Shown piece after piece: positions 8,722 through 18,784 of a stretch of 35,155 nucleotides of DNA. This stretch comes from Patescibacteria group bacterium (GTDB lineage: Bacteria > Patescibacteriota > Minisyncoccia > Phycocordibacterales > UBA918): contig WFTF01000030.1 in assembly GCA_015485575.1 (NCBI GenBank), positions 1 to 35,155 on the forward strand, in the 5' to 3' direction. Numbering within the stretch: position 1 is the stretch's first letter; every line of letters starts with the position of its first letter. The notes beneath the pieces were generated by a model. It worked only from the letters and a program-made list of their open reading frames with translations. It searched no databases and was not told where the DNA came from. A program made the position numbers and the translations under genes.

Positions 8722-8828
8722 TCACGTTGTTATACACGCGTGTCCATGAATAAAATATAGATATGGGGGTATACTGTGTATGTTGACGATGACATTTTGT
8801 TGTCGCTTATAAGCTAATATATTTTACT

Positions 8829-9233
8829 ATGCAGATAATGAAAAAATATCTGCCCTATATTCCGCTACTGCTTTTGGCGTATTTGTATGCTAAACACGCA
8901 TCGGGAGTGTTTTCGCCCGAGGAAGCAGCGGAATACGCAGAAATTGTGGAGACCTTGGGGTTTGGGGCCTCAGTAACCACTGCGCTCGTTTGGGGCGTGT
9001 TACCTCTTGACGGAAGTGTGGCGGTACTTTTATTGTTTGCCAATAAGATTTTCCGAAATTTTCCTTGGGACTTTCTCTTTTTGTGGGCGACACTCTGGCC
9101 ATGGGTACCTCGTTTGATTGCGTATCGTGGAGGTGTTGATGGCGAGATGTGGCTTGGAGTGGTGGTCTCTGCCTTGGCACTGTTGTCTTGGTATCTGTAC
9201 AAAAAGAAAAACGCAGTCTTTTTTGTCAAGTAA
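8829..9233 (+). CDS. Hypothetical integral membrane protein
   Basis: About 4 hydrophobic segments. TATACT box upstream and a hairpin downstream. Confidence 0.65.
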   Translation: MQIMKKYLPYIPLLLLAYLYAKHASGVFSPEEAAEYAEIVETLGFGASVTTALVWGVLPLDGSVAVLLLFANKIFRNFPWDFLFLWATLWPWVPRLIAYRGGVDGEMWLGVVVSALALLSWYLYKKKNAVFFVK

Positions 9234-9251
9234 TTGACAGGACGGTCCTTT

Positions 9252-9279
9252 CAAACCGCAACAGTTTGGTTGCGGTTTG
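9252..9279 (+). terminator. Hairpin, putative terminator
   Basis: CAAACCGCAAC-6nt-GTTGCGGTTTG perfect 11-bp stem. Confidence 0.55.
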
Positions 9280-9327
9280 TCTGCGCATCAGTGTGCTACA
9301 CTACGAAGATAGTAGATTTAGTAAAAT

Positions 9328-9750
9328 ATGAGTTGGGCAATATACGCACTTTTATCCGCTTTTTTCGCTTCACTGGTGGCTATTTTTGGAAAAATAGGAG
9401 TGAAGGATGTGGATAGTAACTTGGCGGTCGCCATCAGAACGGTCATTATAGTCTTCTTTGCATGGGGTGTGGTCCTGCTGCAGGGTAATGCGGGTGATCT
9501 CTTCAAAATATCCCGCTATTCTTATACGTTTATTATACTGTCCGCTTTTGCAACAGGATTGTCATGGATGTTCTACTATCGCGCACTGCAATTGGGGGAG
9601 GTTGCCAAAGTTGCTCCCATAGATAAGATGAGTATCGCGCTTACGGTTATTCTTGCGTTGGTATTTCTGGCTGAGAAACCAACCTTGGGAACTATTCTGG
9701 GTGCGACCTTGGTAACTGCGGGTGTGTTTATCACCATTTTTGTGAAGTAG
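9328..9750 (+). CDS. EamA/DMT family transporter (single repeat)
   Basis: WAIYALLSAFFASLVAIFGKIG, LSWMFYYRALQLG, VAPIDK, FLAEK. Confidence 0.88.
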   Translation: MSWAIYALLSAFFASLVAIFGKIGVKDVDSNLAVAIRTVIIVFFAWGVVLLQGNAGDLFKISRYSYTFIILSAFATGLSWMFYYRALQLGEVAKVAPIDKMSIALTVILALVFLAEKPTLGTILGATLVTAGVFITIFVK

Positions 9751-9777
9751 GTGACTCACGAAAATCGTGCAGTACAT

Positions 9778-9810
9778 ACACACCTAGGTCATCGGATGAC
9801 CTAGGTGTGT
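9778..9810. repeat. Perfect 16-bp inverted repeat (terminator or protein site)
   Basis: ACACACCTAGGTCATC-G-GATGACCTAGGTGTGT. Confidence 0.8.
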
Positions 9811-10047
9811 GGATTTTGCGGTGCGGTGCCAGTGGATTGTGTAAAGGGGTGGTGTTATGTATACCTAGGTGGTTGCTTGTTATGAGGTGTCGCAATAGAA
9901 ATTATAGAAAGGAAAAGGAGTTTATTTTTATTTCGATTTATTAAAAGAAGGCCATGGGAAGTAGGTTGTGGCGATATATCGCACTACGTTGAGGGTGTGG
10001 TATAGTATCTTTCCAGAGATACCAGCTTACATATAAACCACAAGAAT

Positions 10048-10461
10048 ATGAAAAAGGGATATAAAGTAAACATTGAAAAAGAAACCGTTGAAAATACTAA
10101 CTTTCGTAAGGTGCTCTATACCGCCGGGCACAGTCAGTTGGTATTGATGTCACTGCAACCAAATGAAGAGATAGGATTGGAAACACATACGGAGAATGAT
10201 CAGTTTTTTCGGTTTGAATCTGGAGAGGGAAAGGTGATTATCAACGATACTGAATATGAGGTGGGTGATGGAGATGCGGTAGTGGTGCCTGCCGGAGTGC
10301 AACATAATGTTGTGAATACTTCAAACACAGATCGTTTGACGCTGTATACTATCTATTCCCCTGCACATCATAAAGATGGCGTGTTACATGCCACAAAGCA
10401 AGAGGCTGAGGAGGCGGAAGAGCGGGGAGATGAAGAGTTTGACGGTGTTACCACCGAGTAA
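10048..10461 (+). CDS. Cupin domain protein
   Basis: NFRKVLYT..SQLVLMSL..EEIGLETH..DQFFRFESGEG and VPAGVQHNVVN..LYTIYSPAHH. Confidence 0.88.
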   Translation: MKKGYKVNIEKETVENTNFRKVLYTAGHSQLVLMSLQPNEEIGLETHTENDQFFRFESGEGKVIINDTEYEVGDGDAVVVPAGVQHNVVNTSNTDRLTLYTIYSPAHHKDGVLHATKQEAEEAEERGDEEFDGVTTE

Positions 10462-10484
10462 ATATATAAAAGCGTCCGCTCTGC

Positions 10485-10525
10485 ATAATCTACAGTCTAT
10501 ACCAGACTGTAGATTATTTGATTTG
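10485..10525 (+). terminator. Intrinsic terminator after the cupin gene
   Basis: ATAATCTACAGTCT-5nt-AGACTGTAGATTAT 14-bp stem plus T-rich tail. Confidence 0.6.
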
Positions 10526-10589
10526 TCAAAAAGAAAGGAGTATCATGGTGGTACGTGAGGATTAGTGGATAAGGATATCTTGGAATAGT

Positions 10590-13166
10590 ATGAATGTAGG
10601 AAAATTGACGGAAAAATCACGTGCAATTCTTGAAGAGGCGATACAGGAAGCATATGAATACAAGCATCAGTATGTGGATCCGCTGCATGTCTTGAAAGCG
10701 ACTCTGACGGTACCGGACACCATTGTTGCTCCATTGCTGTCTGCCTCTGATGTGTCATTGGAACAAGTATTGCAAGATGTGGAACGTGCACTTGAAGGCA
10801 TGCCCAAGCTGGAGCATGCGGCAAATCCCCAACTGACGCCTGCCTTGGTAAGTATTTTCAGACGTGCAGACAAGGAAGCGAGTGCCATGGGTGATCAGTA
10901 TGTAAGTGTGGAGCATATCTTTTTGGCACTGGGGCATAACGAAGGGGCCGCGCGTGATCTATTGGCAACATACAGCTTGCTGCCCGCACATATTACGAGC
11001 AAAATAAATGATTTACGAGGATCTATGAAAGTAACTGATCAAAATCCGGAGGCGAAACAGAACGTGCTGGAGAAGTATGGAGAGGACTACACCGCACTGG
11101 CACAAGATGGGAAGCTGGATCCAGTTATCGGACGCGATGAAGAAATTCGGAGAGTGATGCAGGTACTCTCTCGACGTACCAAAAACAATCCGGTGCTCTT
11201 GGGGGAGCCGGGGGTCGGTAAAACGGCAATTGTGGAAGGATTGGCACAGCGCATCGTTGCAGGAGACGTGCCTGAGTCGCTGAAGGGTAAACGACTTATT
11301 GGGTTGGAGATGGGCTCTCTACTGGCCGGTGCGAAGTTTCGGGGTGAGTTTGAGGATCGACTAAAAGAGGTGCTCAAAGCGGTTGAGCAAGAAGAGGGTA
11401 AAATAATTCTCTTTATTGATGAGTTGCATACGCTGGTAGGCGCCGGAGGTGGAGAAGGTGCGGTGGATGCCGGAAACATGCTCAAGCCGCTTTTGGCTCG
11501 TGGTAAATTGAGGTTGATCGGTGCCACCACACTCAATGAGTATCGGCAGCATGTGGAAAAAGATGCCGCGTTGGAACGTCGCTTCCAACCTGTGTATGTT
11601 GATGAACCTGATGCTGAAGCAACACTGGCTATCTTGCGGGGCTTAAAAGAGAAATATGAGATTCACCATGGGGTGGAAATTACCGATCCGGCACTGGTGG
11701 CTGCGGTTCGTCTGTCCAACAGATACATTACTGCCCGCAAGTCTCCCGATAAGGCGATTGATTTGATTGATGAAGCAACCTCGGCAATTAAAATGCAGAT
11801 GGAGAGTATGCCAACACAGCTGGATGCACTCCATCGACAAATTGCGCAGCTGGAGATAGAGTTGCAGGCACTGAAAGGAGAAAAGGACGCACAGAGCAAG
11901 GAGCGTAAAAAGAAAATTGAGGAGAAGCTCGCTTCACTCAAGGAGTCCTTCACCGCGCAAAAGACACGCTGGGAGCAGGAGCGCGAGATGATACATCAGT
12001 TACGTGAGTATGCAAAACAAATTGATGAACTGCGTATTGAAGAAGAGCGGGCGGAACGTACCGGCGATTATGATCGTGCGGCAAAGATAAAATACGAAGA
12101 AATCCCTTCTTTGGAATCAAAAATAGCCGATACGCGAAAAAAATTGGATGCCATTCCCGCTACAGAGCGTATCATCAAGGAGGAGGTAACCGAGGAGGAT
12201 GTTGCGCAGGTAGTGGCTCGCTGGACGGGTGTGCCGGTACATCGTTTACTGGAAACGGAGGCGGAACGCTTGTTGCACCTGGAAGAACAGTTGCACCTGC
12301 GTGTCATTGGGCAGGATGAAGCGGTGACGAGTGTGGCAAAAGCTATTCGCCGTTCACGCGCAGGATTGAAGGCGGGCAACAGACCGATTGGTTCTTTTCT
12401 CTTTTTGGGTCCAACCGGTGTGGGAAAGACGGAGCTGGCTAAAGCGCTTGCATCGGAAATGTTTGACGACGAAAAAGCGATGATCCGCATTGATATGAGC
12501 GAGTACATGGAGCGTTTTGCTGTCAGCAGATTGGTGGGTGCTCCTCCCGGCTATGTGGGCTATGAAGAGGGGGGACAACTTACCGAGCCGGTGCGCCGGC
12601 GACCGTATGCGGTGGTGCTGTTTGATGAAGTGGAGAAGGCGCATCCCGACTTCTTTAACATTTTACTGCAGGTGCTTGATGATGGACGCTTGACCGACAG
12701 TCAGGGTCGGACCGTGGACTTTAGTAATACCATCATCATCCTTACCTCCAATCTTGGCAGTGAGTTTATGTTGGAGATTAAGGATAAAAAAGAACGGAAG
12801 AAGAAAGTAATGGAGTTGGTGCAGAAGACCTTCCGTCCCGAGTTCCTCAATCGTCTTGATGACATCGTACTCTTTGACGCTATTGATGAGAAGATGCTTA
12901 AAGAGATTGTTGACGTACAGTTATCAAGCATGCTGACATTAGTTAAAGAGGAAAAGGATATCAACATCTCATTAACCGATAGAGCAAAAGAGCAGCTCAT
13001 TAAGGAGGGGTTTGATCCCGCATATGGAGTACGGCCGTTGAAGCGTACTATTCAAATGCGTATCCTTGACTTGCTTGCGGAAGCCATCATAAGTGGGGAG
13101 GTGCAAGAGCATAGTGAGATAACTATTGATGTCAAAAATGATGCATTTTACATTGTGCAAAAATAG
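10590..13166 (+). CDS. clpB: ATP-dependent disaggregase ClpB
   Basis: Clp N domain, two AAA+ modules ([14 protein letters not shown]; [16 protein letters not shown]), long coiled-coil M domain, 858 aa. Confidence 0.96.
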   Translation: MNVGKLTEKSRAILEEAIQEAYEYKHQYVDPLHVLKATLTVPDTIVAPLLSASDVSLEQVLQDVERALEGMPKLEHAANPQLTPALVSIFRRADKEASAMGDQYVSVEHIFLALGHNEGAARDLLATYSLLPAHITSKINDLRGSMKVTDQNPEAKQNVLEKYGEDYTALAQDGKLDPVIGRDEEIRRVMQVLSRRTKNNPVLLGEPGVGKTAIVEGLAQRIVAGDVPESLKGKRLIGLEMGSLLAGAKFRGEFEDRLKEVLKAVEQEEGKIILFIDELHTLVGAGGGEGAVDAGNMLKPLLARGKLRLIGATTLNEYRQHVEKDAALERRFQPVYVDEPDAEATLAILRGLKEKYEIHHGVEITDPALVAAVRLSNRYITARKSPDKAIDLIDEATSAIKMQMESMPTQLDALHRQIAQLEIELQALKGEKDAQSKERKKKIEEKLASLKESFTAQKTRWEQEREMIHQLREYAKQIDELRIEEERAERTGDYDRAAKIKYEEIPSLESKIADTRKKLDAIPATERIIKEEVTEEDVAQVVARWTGVPVHRLLETEAERLLHLEEQLHLRVIGQDEAVTSVAKAIRRSRAGLKAGNRPIGSFLFLGPTGVGKTELAKALASEMFDDEKAMIRIDMSEYMERFAVSRLVGAPPGYVGYEEGGQLTEPVRRRPYAVVLFDEVEKAHPDFFNILLQVLDDGRLTDSQGRTVDFSNTIIILTSNLGSEFMLEIKDKKERKKKVMELVQKTFRPEFLNRLDDIVLFDAIDEKMLKEIVDVQLSSMLTLVKEEKDINISLTDRAKEQLIKEGFDPAYGVRPLKRTIQMRILDLLAEAIISGEVQEHSEITIDVKNDAFYIVQK

Positions 13167-13178
13167 TGATGTATACCT

Positions 13179-13604
13179 ATGAGATCCTTTATCCCTAAAA
13201 CACAAAAAATTGTTGCCACTTGTGTATTAAAGCAGGGTGGCAAAGTGTTGCTTTTACGAGGGAGAGCTCTCGCGGGCGATTGGTCGGACGTTGCCGATAC
13301 CGGATATTTTGACTTGCCGCGCTTTGCGGTGGGTTTTAGGGAGGACCCGACACTGCTTTTAACACGACGACTGTTGTCGCATTTTGGACAACGAATTGAT
13401 CATATATCCGTTCTTGGTGTTCATCAGTGTATGATTGATGCTGATACGGTGCAAGAGTTTGAGATTGTGTATCGGGTTACCGGTGAGGGCGTTACTGACG
13501 ATATGGAGAAGGAAGGGGTGTATTTCTTTGCAGACATGAATACGGTGCATGAATATATGCTGCAAGATCGGTACCAAATGATACAGAGATACCTGGATAT
13601 GTGA
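13179..13604 (+). CDS. NUDIX-fold-like protein with a degenerate Nudix box
   Basis: KVLLLR...GYFDLP..VGFREDP resembles the Nudix N-terminus, but the REUXEE motif is absent. Confidence 0.5.
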   Translation: MRSFIPKTQKIVATCVLKQGGKVLLLRGRALAGDWSDVADTGYFDLPRFAVGFREDPTLLLTRRLLSHFGQRIDHISVLGVHQCMIDADTVQEFEIVYRVTGEGVTDDMEKEGVYFFADMNTVHEYMLQDRYQMIQRYLDM

Positions 13605-13619
13605 GACTACAGATACACA

Positions 13620-13649
13620 CAAAACAGCACCTTGTGAGGTGCTGTTTTG
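13620..13649 (+). terminator. Intrinsic terminator
   Basis: CAAAACAGCACCT-TGTG-AGGTGCTGTTTTG. Confidence 0.7.
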
Positions 13650-13696
13650 GTGTATGCTTAGTACAGTTGCATCATTTTTGCGTGTACTTTTTTACT

Positions 13697-16084
13697 ATGG
13701 AACATATAGAACATAAGGGGCTCAGTCATCAGCAGGTAGAACAGCTGCGCCGCACTTACGGTTTTAATGAGATACCGGAAAAAACGGAGCATTTTTTGCG
13801 TCGTCTGTTCAAAAAGGTAAGCAGCCCCATACCGCTGATGATTGAAATTGCACTGGTGTTGTCACTGGTGGTACAGCGCTGGGAAGATTTCTTTATTATT
13901 CTGTTGCTGCTGTTGGTAAATTTGTCCGTGGATTTATTCCAAGAGCAGCGTGCACATTCTGCGTTGCAGGCATTGAAGAAAACACTCGCACCAACCGCAA
14001 TGGTAGTGCGTGATGCTATTTTGCAGGAAATAGATGCACGAGAATTGCTCCCCGGGGACGTGGTAAAGATGAACATAGGCAATGTGGTGCCTGCCGATGT
14101 GCGCATACTGGATGGGACGGAATTGCTGGTTGACCAATCAGCGGTTACCGGAGAGTCGCTCCCGGTTACCCTTGGTGAGGGGGATGTGTTGCTAACCGGT
14201 TCAATTATCCAAAAAGGAGCTGCCTATGCGGAGGTGGTGGCAATCGGGAGGGATACCGCCATGGGAGAAAACATAGCTTTAGTGGCACAGGCGGAGTTAG
14301 AGCAAGAAAGTCATTTTCAGCAGGCGATTATACGCATCGGAAAGTTCCTGATAACCCTTTCAAGTCTTTTGGTGGTCTTTACCACGGTCGTTTTAATTTT
14401 GAAAGGGGAGGATGCACTTGAAACATTGCGCTTTGCGCTGGTTCTTGCAATAGCGTCTATTCCCGTTGCACTTCCCGCCGTCTTGTCGGTTACCATGGCC
14501 ATTGGGGCGAATTTGCTTGCACGCAGACATACCATAGTGAGCAATTTTCGCGCTATTGAGGAGCTTGCCGGCGTGAGTCATTTGTGCGTTGATAAAACAG
14601 GGACGCTCACCAAAAATGAAATTGCCGTTTCAGAACCGATTTTATATCAAGGTCACACAGAAGAAGAGTTGTTTGTATTTGCCTATCTCGCGTTGGAAGA
14701 TGGTGAGCGGTCGCCTATAGAACGAGCGGTGCACGCGCATGTGCTGCAACACGGGCACGATAAGCTCGCTTCCCAATATGTCGTGAAAGAGTTTGTTCCT
14801 TTTGATCCGGTGAAGAAAACCACCGAAGCACTGTTTGAGCATGATGGGGAAGAGGTGCGTATACTTATGGGAGCTCCGCAAAAGGTTGCTGAACGTTGTC
14901 ACAATAGCACCTATCGCAAAAAAGTATTGTCTGATGTTGACGCGCTGGCCTCAGATGGTTTTCGCTCGCTTGCTGTTGCCGTTGAAAGGTCTGACGAGTG
15001 CTTGCCGGTGGGGATCATTCCACTGATGGATCCTCCTCGGGAAGACTCCAAGCAGGTTATTGAGGACTTAAAACGTCGTGGCATTATCATTAAGATGCTC
15101 ACCGGAGACAATATGGCAATTGCTCGGTACATAGGAAAAATACTTAATATAGGCACAACTGCTGTTGATCGCGCAGGGTTGAAGCGAAGTGGGGGTACTG
15201 CTGATGCTGCGGTGATACATGATACTGCCATTTTTGCGGAGGTGGTGCCTGCCGATAAGTTTCGTATTGTAAAGACGCTGCAAGCGGCGGGAAATATTGT
15301 CGCCATGACCGGTGATGGGGTTAATGACGCACCGGCGTTGAAGAAGGCCGATGTGGGAATTGCGGTGTCGGGCGCGACACCCGCTGCACGTTCTGCTTCA
15401 GACCTTATCCTATTGGATAGCGGTTTGTCGGTAATAAAAGAAGCGGTGGATCAGGCACGTAAAACGTTTGGGCGCATGCAGGCGTATGCCACGTTTCGGA
15501 TTGCGGAAACTGTTCGTATTGTGTTTTTCATTGCACTGGCAGTTTTGATCTTTGATTTTTCACCACTGTCTGCGGCGATGGTTATTCTATTGGCATTACT
15601 CAATGATATTCCTGTACTTGCCATTGCCTACGACAATGTACCTGTACAGGAAAAACCGGTGCGCTGGCAGTTGTCTGAAACACTTGCGGTAGCGTTTGTG
15701 TTGGGTATTACGGGACTTGTTTCGTCGTTTCTGCTCTTATATTATCTGAACCTATCAGGTTGGGAAGTGGCACTGATTCAAACGGTATTTTTTGTAAAAA
15801 TGGATGTGGCGGGACACTCAACACTGTACCTTACCCGTACGGGAGAAAAGCATTTTTGGGCACGTCCATTTCCGTCTCTGAAGTTTTTTATTCCCGCTTT
15901 TTCATCACGTTTGATTGGCAGTATTATCGCGTACTTTGGTATCTTGATGCCGGCTCTTCCTCTTTCCGTGATTGCTTGGATTTGGGTGTACGCAACCATT
16001 TGGTTTGTACTCAACGATCAAATCAAGGTAACTATGTATAAGCTACTGAGGCACTATCGCAGTAAAAAGCATCAGAGATCATAG
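13697..16084 (+). CDS. P3A-type plasma-membrane proton-efflux P-type ATPase
   Basis: YGFNEI, TGES, IPVALPAVLSVTMAIGA, DKTGTLT, DPPR, TGDGVNDAPALKKAD, FRIAETVR, LLNDIP..IAYD. The likely start is ATG 13697, because the upstream in-frame stretch crosses a terminator. Confidence 0.9.
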   Translation: MEHIEHKGLSHQQVEQLRRTYGFNEIPEKTEHFLRRLFKKVSSPIPLMIEIALVLSLVVQRWEDFFIILLLLLVNLSVDLFQEQRAHSALQALKKTLAPTAMVVRDAILQEIDARELLPGDVVKMNIGNVVPADVRILDGTELLVDQSAVTGESLPVTLGEGDVLLTGSIIQKGAAYAEVVAIGRDTAMGENIALVAQAELEQESHFQQAIIRIGKFLITLSSLLVVFTTVVLILKGEDALETLRFALVLAIASIPVALPAVLSVTMAIGANLLARRHTIVSNFRAIEELAGVSHLCVDKTGTLTKNEIAVSEPILYQGHTEEELFVFAYLALEDGERSPIERAVHAHVLQHGHDKLASQYVVKEFVPFDPVKKTTEALFEHDGEEVRILMGAPQKVAERCHNSTYRKKVLSDVDALASDGFRSLAVAVERSDECLPVGIIPLMDPPREDSKQVIEDLKRRGIIIKMLTGDNMAIARYIGKILNIGTTAVDRAGLKRSGGTADAAVIHDTAIFAEVVPADKFRIVKTLQAAGNIVAMTGDGVNDAPALKKADVGIAVSGATPAARSASDLILLDSGLSVIKEAVDQARKTFGRMQAYATFRIAETVRIVFFIALAVLIFDFSPLSAAMVILLALLNDIPVLAIAYDNVPVQEKPVRWQLSETLAVAFVLGITGLVSSFLLLYYLNLSGWEVALIQTVFFVKMDVAGHSTLYLTRTGEKHFWARPFPSLKFFIPAFSSRLIGSIIAYFGILMPALPLSVIAWIWVYATIWFVLNDQIKVTMYKLLRHYRSKKHQRS

Positions 16085-16221
16085 GTGTATAAGTGGCGGT
16101 TTTCAGACAGGTTGATACCTCTTGTGGTGCGAATATATACACGTATATCTATATCCTGTGGCTAACAAGCACTTCCAAGACAGAGAAAATATGATAAGGT
16201 ACGTTTGTGCAACATAAATAT

Positions 16222-16986
16222 ATGAATAGAAAAGTAATCATCAGCCTGGTTATACTTGCAGTTGTTGGTGCAGGTTTATATATAGCAGGTAAAGGTGCAC
16301 CCGGCACCAATACAGATACCAACATTTCACCAAGTGTGGCAACTGGAGATCCTCTGGAGGCGACACTGACGTTTTATCAAGAATATTTAGCAATCGCACA
16401 GGATCCGTCTGTGGATCCAATCGCTTCCTCGTTGGTGCAGGATAGTCGTTTATCAAAACAGGTACAAAGCTATATAAAAGAGGCGCGTAGCAATGGCGTG
16501 ACGGTAGACCCGGTTTTATGTCAGTCTGAGATACCGGAAAAGGTGCGCGCTAAGGAGATATTTGCAAACGACACGCAAGCAAAAGTGCAAGTTCTAGGTC
16601 GCGGGTCCACTGGGAAGACACCCGAGCAGGCTATGGTGACTCTTGCTGTTGTAGACGGGCAGTGGCAAATTCAGGAGATTGCTTGTCTTTTGGGTGAAAG
16701 TGCACCGGAGCGAGAGTTCACCTTTGATAGAGAAGGGTTTTTACTGAAAAGTGTGCCACCTCCGTTGAATCCGGACTACTGGCACTTGGTATTTGAGGAA
16801 AATGGAGAAAAGGGACATACCGCACCACTTTTCTTTGATGGCAACAGCACCTGTATTGCATTGGATGGTACGGAAAGTGTCTGCGACGAAAGTACGTTTA
16901 CAGATGCGACAAAGGCACGGGTACAGGGCAATATGACTGAAGTTGGAGTAGAGGTGGTACGTGTCACCTTCTTACCAAAGGAATAA
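16222..16986 (+). CDS. Exported hypothetical protein (DUF3828-like N domain plus small beta domain)
   Basis: N-terminal TM, FYQEYL...DPVLCQ...WQIQEIAC, paired Cys. Confidence 0.65.
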   Translation: MNRKVIISLVILAVVGAGLYIAGKGAPGTNTDTNISPSVATGDPLEATLTFYQEYLAIAQDPSVDPIASSLVQDSRLSKQVQSYIKEARSNGVTVDPVLCQSEIPEKVRAKEIFANDTQAKVQVLGRGSTGKTPEQAMVTLAVVDGQWQIQEIACLLGESAPEREFTFDREGFLLKSVPPPLNPDYWHLVFEENGEKGHTAPLFFDGNSTCIALDGTESVCDESTFTDATKARVQGNMTEVGVEVVRVTFLPKE

Positions 16987-16997
16987 TGTGGATACAT

Positions 16998-17026
16998 AAA
17001 AACTCCTTCGTAAAGAAGGAGTTTTT
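16998..17026 (+). terminator. Intrinsic terminator
   Basis: AAAAACTCCTTC-GTAAA-GAAGGAGTTTTT. Confidence 0.75.
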
Positions 17027-17069
17027 GATTATGGTCTTGTATATGGTGTGATCATGATAGTATGCATGC

Positions 17070-17687
17070 ATGTACGGGGTAGATGTCGCAAGGATACGCA
17101 CTGATGATTTGGATAAGAAGGTGATTGCATACGCTAAGCAGCATACGGGCGTATCGGTACTTGACTGCGGTTGCGGGGGAGGTGGATTGGCGCGGCATCT
17201 GGTTGCATGTGGTGCGTTTGTAACGGGAGTGGATATAGTCAATTATAGTGATGCTTTTGCACGGATACGTCGAGAGTGTGGCTATACACGTTCACAGCTG
17301 CACTTTGTGCATACAGATATGACAGAGATCGGTGAGACCAGATACGATGTCGCCGTGCTCCAGCGAGTGTTGCACTATTTGCCATATGAAAGGGCATTTC
17401 AATTTTTAGTGCATCTACAAGGGTTGTTGAAACATACCCTCTATATTTCTGTCAGTGGACTGGAATCTGACATTGGAAGAAGGTATGCGCATGCAGACAA
17501 GCCACTTTTGGACCGTTTCTGTGTACTGGATCCGTTGGGTGCACGGACATTTGGTATTTACAAACCACTATGCCTTTACACTCCCGAGGAGTTTATAGTC
17601 CTGCTTGTGCAAAGCGGTTACGATATAGAAGAGTGCTGGGTATCGGCATTTGGAAACATAAAAGTGGTATGTAACGTATCTACGTAG
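17070..17687 (+). CDS. Class I SAM-dependent methyltransferase
   Basis: VLDCGCGGG, VTGVDI, YDVAVLQRVLHYLP. Confidence 0.82.
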   Translation: MYGVDVARIRTDDLDKKVIAYAKQHTGVSVLDCGCGGGGLARHLVACGAFVTGVDIVNYSDAFARIRRECGYTRSQLHFVHTDMTEIGETRYDVAVLQRVLHYLPYERAFQFLVHLQGLLKHTLYISVSGLESDIGRRYAHADKPLLDRFCVLDPLGARTFGIYKPLCLYTPEEFIVLLVQSGYDIEECWVSAFGNIKVVCNVST

Positions 17688-17819
17688 CGTTATGACTCAA
17701 AAACAGCTTCCATGGCGACATCTGTGGTAGAATGTATTAAGCCATGAACAGAACTGCGAGAATACTTCTGGACTGACGAAAAGCGGGGTTATTACTTACA
17801 CTAAAAATCAAGATATATT

Positions 17820-18779
17820 ATGAACATGAAAAATATAGTCATTGCAGTAGTTGCTCTTTCGTTGTTTGTGGGAGGGTTATTTGTTTTTACACAGCAAGTT
17901 ACCTACAACAAACCTGTTTTGGACACGAATAAAGAAAAGCAAACCAAGGAGCCAACAGAGACTGCCACAACCCAAACAGAAGAACGCCAGTTCACAGACC
18001 GTGAGAATGATACCGTTACCTCACAATCACAGGAGGATAACAGCAGGGAGGTTATCGGTACCTCCGCGGGAGGCAATGATATCGTCGCCTACCACTATGG
18101 CTCGGGAGATACGGAGCTACTGTTCATTGGAGGTATACATGCTGGCTATGCGCCAAACACGGTGTTAGTCGCTTATGAGCTTATGGACTACTTGGATAAT
18201 CCCGACGTGATACCCGACGGGGTACGGGTGACGGTGATTCCGACACTAAACCCCGATGGACAAAAAGAAGCACTGGGGACTGCGGGCGCATTTACGCAAG
18301 CTGCAATACCGCAAAATGCAGGCAGTGATGCAACAGGTCGCTTCAACGCAAATAAAGTGGATCTTAACAGAAATTTTGACTGCGCGTGGCAGTCAAAGGG
18401 GGTGTGGAGAAATACACCGGTCAGCGGTGGAATTGCGGCGTTTTCCGAGCCGGAATCAGCAGCACTGCGTGATTATGTGTCACAAAATAAGCCGGATGCG
18501 GTGATTGCCTACTACGCGGCAGCGGGAGGTGTGTATGCCTCTACTTGTAGTGGCACGGTTGATCCAGAAACCATTACTCTAATGCAGCGCTATGCGAATG
18601 CTGCCGGCTATCCCGCACAGGAAGAGTTTGATTACTACGAGGTGACGGGGGATATGGTGAATTGGTTTGCAAAACAGGGTATCCCCGCAATCAGTGTCTT
18701 ATTGTCAGACTACACAAACACCGAATGGTCAAAGAATAAAAAGGGTGTTGAGGCTGTATTATCCCTGTTTTCTCGCTAG
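17820..18779 (+). CDS. Membrane-anchored M14 zinc carboxypeptidase homologue, apparently catalytically inactive
   Basis: IGTSAGG, GGIHAGYA, LNPDG, GRFNANKVDLNRNF, FSEPES. The Zn-ligand Glu and His and the catalytic Glu are substituted. Confidence 0.82.
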   Translation: MNMKNIVIAVVALSLFVGGLFVFTQQVTYNKPVLDTNKEKQTKEPTETATTQTEERQFTDRENDTVTSQSQEDNSREVIGTSAGGNDIVAYHYGSGDTELLFIGGIHAGYAPNTVLVAYELMDYLDNPDVIPDGVRVTVIPTLNPDGQKEALGTAGAFTQAAIPQNAGSDATGRFNANKVDLNRNFDCAWQSKGVWRNTPVSGGIAAFSEPESAALRDYVSQNKPDAVIAYYAAAGGVYASTCSGTVDPETITLMQRYANAAGYPAQEEFDYYEVTGDMVNWFAKQGIPAISVLLSDYTNTEWSKNKKGVEAVLSLFSR

Positions 18780-18784
18780 AGTAT

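Noticed and set aside
10520-10589. Heat-shock operator upstream of clpB
   Set aside because: No CIRCE (TTAGCACTC-N9-GAGTGCTAA) or CtsR heptad repeat is visible.
13601-13696. 32-aa N-terminal extension of the P3A ATPase in the ORF track
   Set aside because: It runs through a terminator hairpin; the P-type-like sequence begins at ATG 13697.
17744-17776. 10-codon ORF (MNRTARILLD) between a TGGTAGAAT box and the M14 pair
   Set aside because: Too short, with no compositional or structural support for a leader peptide.
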